A DNA stretch of 63,434 bases, the filler included, from Octopus bimaculoides (taxonomy: Eukaryota): assembly GCF_001194135.2 (NCBI RefSeq). It is 3 parts of 3 records of this genome, joined end to end, with 100 filler letters (N's around TTAATTAATTAA, not from the genome) between each part and the next. Parts side by side here need not be neighbours in the genome. Positions count along the whole stretch, not along the records: positions 54,460 to 63,434 come from NC_069001.1; 2 more parts are not named here. One strand, given 5' to 3'. Below, in pieces: positions 60,378 to 63,434 of the stretch. Made by a program: the position numbers and the translations under genes. The notes beneath the pieces are model-generated. The model saw only the letters and a program-made list of their open reading frames with translations. It was not told the origin of the DNA and did not search any database. Every line of letters starts with the position of its first letter. Position 1 is the stretch's first letter.

Positions 60378-61515
60378 GCGTGTGTATGTGTCAATAAATT
60401 GACAGGGTAGCGTTAAAATAGTATGGAAAATATTACATTTGTTACAAAAGTAATCGATAAGATAGTTGGTAAAACAACTCCAAAGACAGTAAAATAAACG
60501 AAAAATACAATGTGAGACAAAATTAAATATTTCCAGAGCAGTTTATAAAAATTAAAGGCAAAATAAATTAGAAAATTGCGTAAAAACAATGAGTTCTTGT
60601 AAAACAAAGAGTTCTTGTAAAAACCGTTATAAAGACAGGAGACATCATTGTTGAAATGTAAAATAATTGTAAAAAAACATCAATGAAACTTAACTGCGCA
60701 AAATCAACGCGAAAACAAAATCAATAAAGAATAAAACCCGTGTTCAAACAGACGAGAGACTATCGTAAATGTAATCGTAAGGATTGGGAAAGCAAGATTA
60801 AAAAAGATATATCGTTAAAATTTGTAAAATGTAATACATAGGAATGCAAAACCGGTCATGTAATCACAGTATAAACTTTAAATTATACTTTATAAACAGA
60901 TTGTATGGAGAACATGCTTTATAAACAATGTAAAGCTAGTATAAAGAAGTCATAAGAACTTCAAATACACTATGAAAACATCGTAAATAATTGTTATATC
61001 AAACTGTATAACAAAAGTGTGTTTAAATCTTTTCAAGCAATGAGGAAACAATGTAAATAGACACGAAATAAACAGAAGATAGCTAACATGCTTAAAAAAT
61101 GCTTTGAGTAAAAAATGTCTTAAAATGGTTAGGGAAAACCTGTAAAACTACGTAAAGAGGTGTAGAGAGAGTGTTAAGATACCGTTAAAAACGTTAAAAT
61201 GTCGAACGCGCGTTAAAGTAACACACAACAACGTTAAGTATTTTAAAACAACGTTAAAACGTAAAAATATGTACAGCCTTTTAAAACTATCTTGCCTGCC
61301 TAAGCTATGTTTAAAAGCGTGTCAGAGTACATATATTATATAAGACAGCGTAAAATAATATATAAAAAAAACATGTAAGACTGTGTAAGGCATCAAAGAA
61401 AATGTTAATGTAAAAAACGTAATAACTTGTAAAACAGCGTTCATGTTATATAAAAACTACGTAGATTATTTTAAGACAATGTTAAAATGTTGCAAAAAAA
61501 AAAAAACTGCGTTGA
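60030..61515. repeat. A-rich degenerate satellite built from TAAAAC/TGTAAAA-like motifs
   Basis: Recurrent TAAAACAGT, AAAACGT and TGTAAAA with strong A-over-T skew; no credible ORF. Confidence 0.6.
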
Positions 61516-61519
61516 GATT

Positions 61520-62230
61520 ATACAAAGAGGTACTCAAAAGAAACCGGAATTTTGCAATATTATTTCTTTCACTTAGTTTTACATGTTTTACACTTTTATC
61601 GCCTTCAAAGTATTCTCCATTTGAAGCAATGCGTCGGTCCAAACGCGTTTTCCACTGTTCGAAGCAGTGCTGGAACTCTTGCAAAGTGATACCTTTTAAC
61701 GCCTGCATCATTTTTTTCTTCATCTCTTCCACATCTTCAAATTCCGTAGCTCTGGCCTTCGTCACCAGTGATGACCTTCGAAAAAAAAAGGGTCCGAATC
61801 AACTTCCAACTGTTCTTTCAGTTCGCGACACACAATTCAGTTGTGACTGCTTTTGATCTTCCATGAGCAAGCGAAGCACAAATTTTGCTGCAACTCTTTT
61901 CATTCGCAATTCCTCGCTCAAAAATTCGTTGGCAGGAACTCCAAGACTCACCAGTCATATCAAAAAGCTCGTCAATTGTTCAGTGACGGTCCTCCAAAAT
62001 CAGTTCATGAATTTTCATGATGTTTCCATTCGTTCGGGAAGTAGACCGGTCGTCCTGAGCAAGGTTGGTCTTCAATCGACAAGTGATCATTCCTAAAGCG
62101 TGAAAACCACTCGTAAACTTGTGTTTTGTTTATGGCAGCGTCCTTGCAAGCTGTTAGACCAATTGTTGTGGGAGTGAATATTACGTTTATCTTCGAGCAA
62201 CACACGCTGCCGGAAATCGGTCCGTTATAA
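61520..62230 (-). mobile_element. mariner-like element with internal deletion
   Basis: KTQVYEWFSRF..SIEDQPCSGRP, RVAAKFVLRLL, KVITGDE joined directly to FEDVEEMKKK...QHCFEQWKTRLDRRIASNGEYFEGD; TIR-like TACAAAGAGGTACTCAAAAGAAACCGGAATTTT at ~61520. Confidence 0.88.
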
Positions 62231-62479
62231 ATTACAAGTCGTTGTCAGTTTGAGCAACAAAGTCTGTAGCATTTTCATTAAGCAATTCACGAATATTAGT
62301 TTTGATTGTCTTAGAGTAGCAGTTGAATCTCCTCAAATCGCAGACCTTTCCAATAATGGTTACCTATACCACAATCGTGAAAACCATTAAGTACAGAAAT
62401 GGGATCAATCTAGGAGCTACTACAGTATCTTATTTAACTCTAATTTCTATAGAAATTTCATCCAAAAGCTGTCCGATGT

Positions 62480-62900
62480 ATATGACCGGAGTCTTTAATT
62501 TAGGGTGTGATTTCATAAATTCATATTCATAAATTTTGGGAGACGATCCCGCTTCCCATGAATTTTACTCACACACCTTCTCTCTATAAACTGCGCCTAG
62601 GGTCTCTGTTAAGTCAACCAAGATCTGACATGAAAACCAAAGCTCCTGTCTTGAAGTGGTTTCGAAAATAAAAATCATATCCACGGTACACCTAAATGTT
62701 CATAGAACAAATCGGCTTTTGTTTTTCTTGTTCTTTATTTTTCGAGGCTCTGAGGGGCAGATGTCTTTCATTAACTGTTTCAGCAACGGTTTGGATAAAA
62801 ACCTTGCCTATCGACTCCATGACACCGATGCCACGATAATTATCACAAACGGATTTATATCCTTTTGCCTTTGCATATCGAGAGAAGAATTTCCATCAAT
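62480..62900 (-). mobile_element. Old RTE-like RT fragment
   Basis: Minus strand KGYKSVCDNYRGIGVMESIGKVF, RCTVDMIF, LVDLTETL. Confidence 0.65.
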
Positions 62901-63181
62901 GCAGTCTTGTAGTACACGAGTTCTTTTCCATCTGTTTGTTATCAGATTAAGCATGGCAGATGGAAACATTTCGCCCCACCCCAATTTGTAACGGATCTAT
63001 TGGAATACAATCTAATACTGGCTCATTGCTGTCATTGATCTGTTTAACCGCCAAAAAACCCCCCCAGGTTTACAGTCCTTATGATGAAGAAAAGATACTA
63101 GCCTGCGTACATGCATACTTACGTACGCGCATACATGCATATACATATGTGCATATGTATGTATATATATAATCATAAATA

Positions 63182-63375
63182 GATGGTTGAGAAGTTAGGC
63201 TTCTCAAAACCAGAAACGAGGAAGCTAATTCGAAGACTACGGATCCAATCCATCACTTGAACTGTAAAAATCTGTAAAACTTTCCAGGTGTTTATCATTT
63301 AAATATATATAAGCATGTCTAGATATGCAACTATATGCATGAGAATACATGCATAAAACAAAACATACAAACCAG
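63182..63375 (+). mobile_element. Short 3' end of the same R4/Dong subfamily as 3800-6122
   Basis: EKLGFSKPETRKLIRRLRIQSIT.TVKICKTFQ plus shared 3' UTR AGCATGTCTAGATATGCAACTAT..GCATGAGAATACAT; CATA-rich on both sides. Confidence 0.88.
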
Positions 63376-63434
63376 CACATTTACACACAGACATACATAC
63401 AGACAGATATATAAACAAAAATACCCCGTTGCTG

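Overview
Eukaryotic, repeat-saturated draft-assembly sequence with many N gaps. The SINE families and microsatellite load look like an octopus (coleoid cephalopod) genome; this is inferred from recalled repeat sequences, not a database search. No intact protein-coding gene, rRNA, tRNA or CRISPR array is supported, and most long ORFs in the track are microsatellites or N-runs read in frame. Identifiable content is decayed transposons: a Helitron 3' end; two copies of an LTR-retrotransposon gag/pol remnant forming a large inverted duplication (0.5-7.8 kb); seven R4/Dong-clade LINE pieces; a Tx1/L1 element with a displaced, scrambled RT segment; RTE and CR1-group fragments; a hAT-related transposase pseudogene; maT (DD37D) and mariner remnants; MITEs; and about five SINE families. 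The best host-gene signal is a candidate first coding exon on the minus strand (55682-55606, MSRSQYNTLLPGHFDANMEDFEEGG + GTAAGT donor). Most interesting observations: (1) R4/Dong elements split into a TAA-flanked class and a (CATA)n-associated class with different C-termini; (2) homologous repeats show CpG decay only in parts of the window, suggesting methylated domains (~3.8-15 kb, ~21.5-31 kb) around an unmethylated CRE/YY1-bearing region at ~16 kb; (3) SINE dimers recur with an identical junction, and a SINE-tail motif forms a tandem array.
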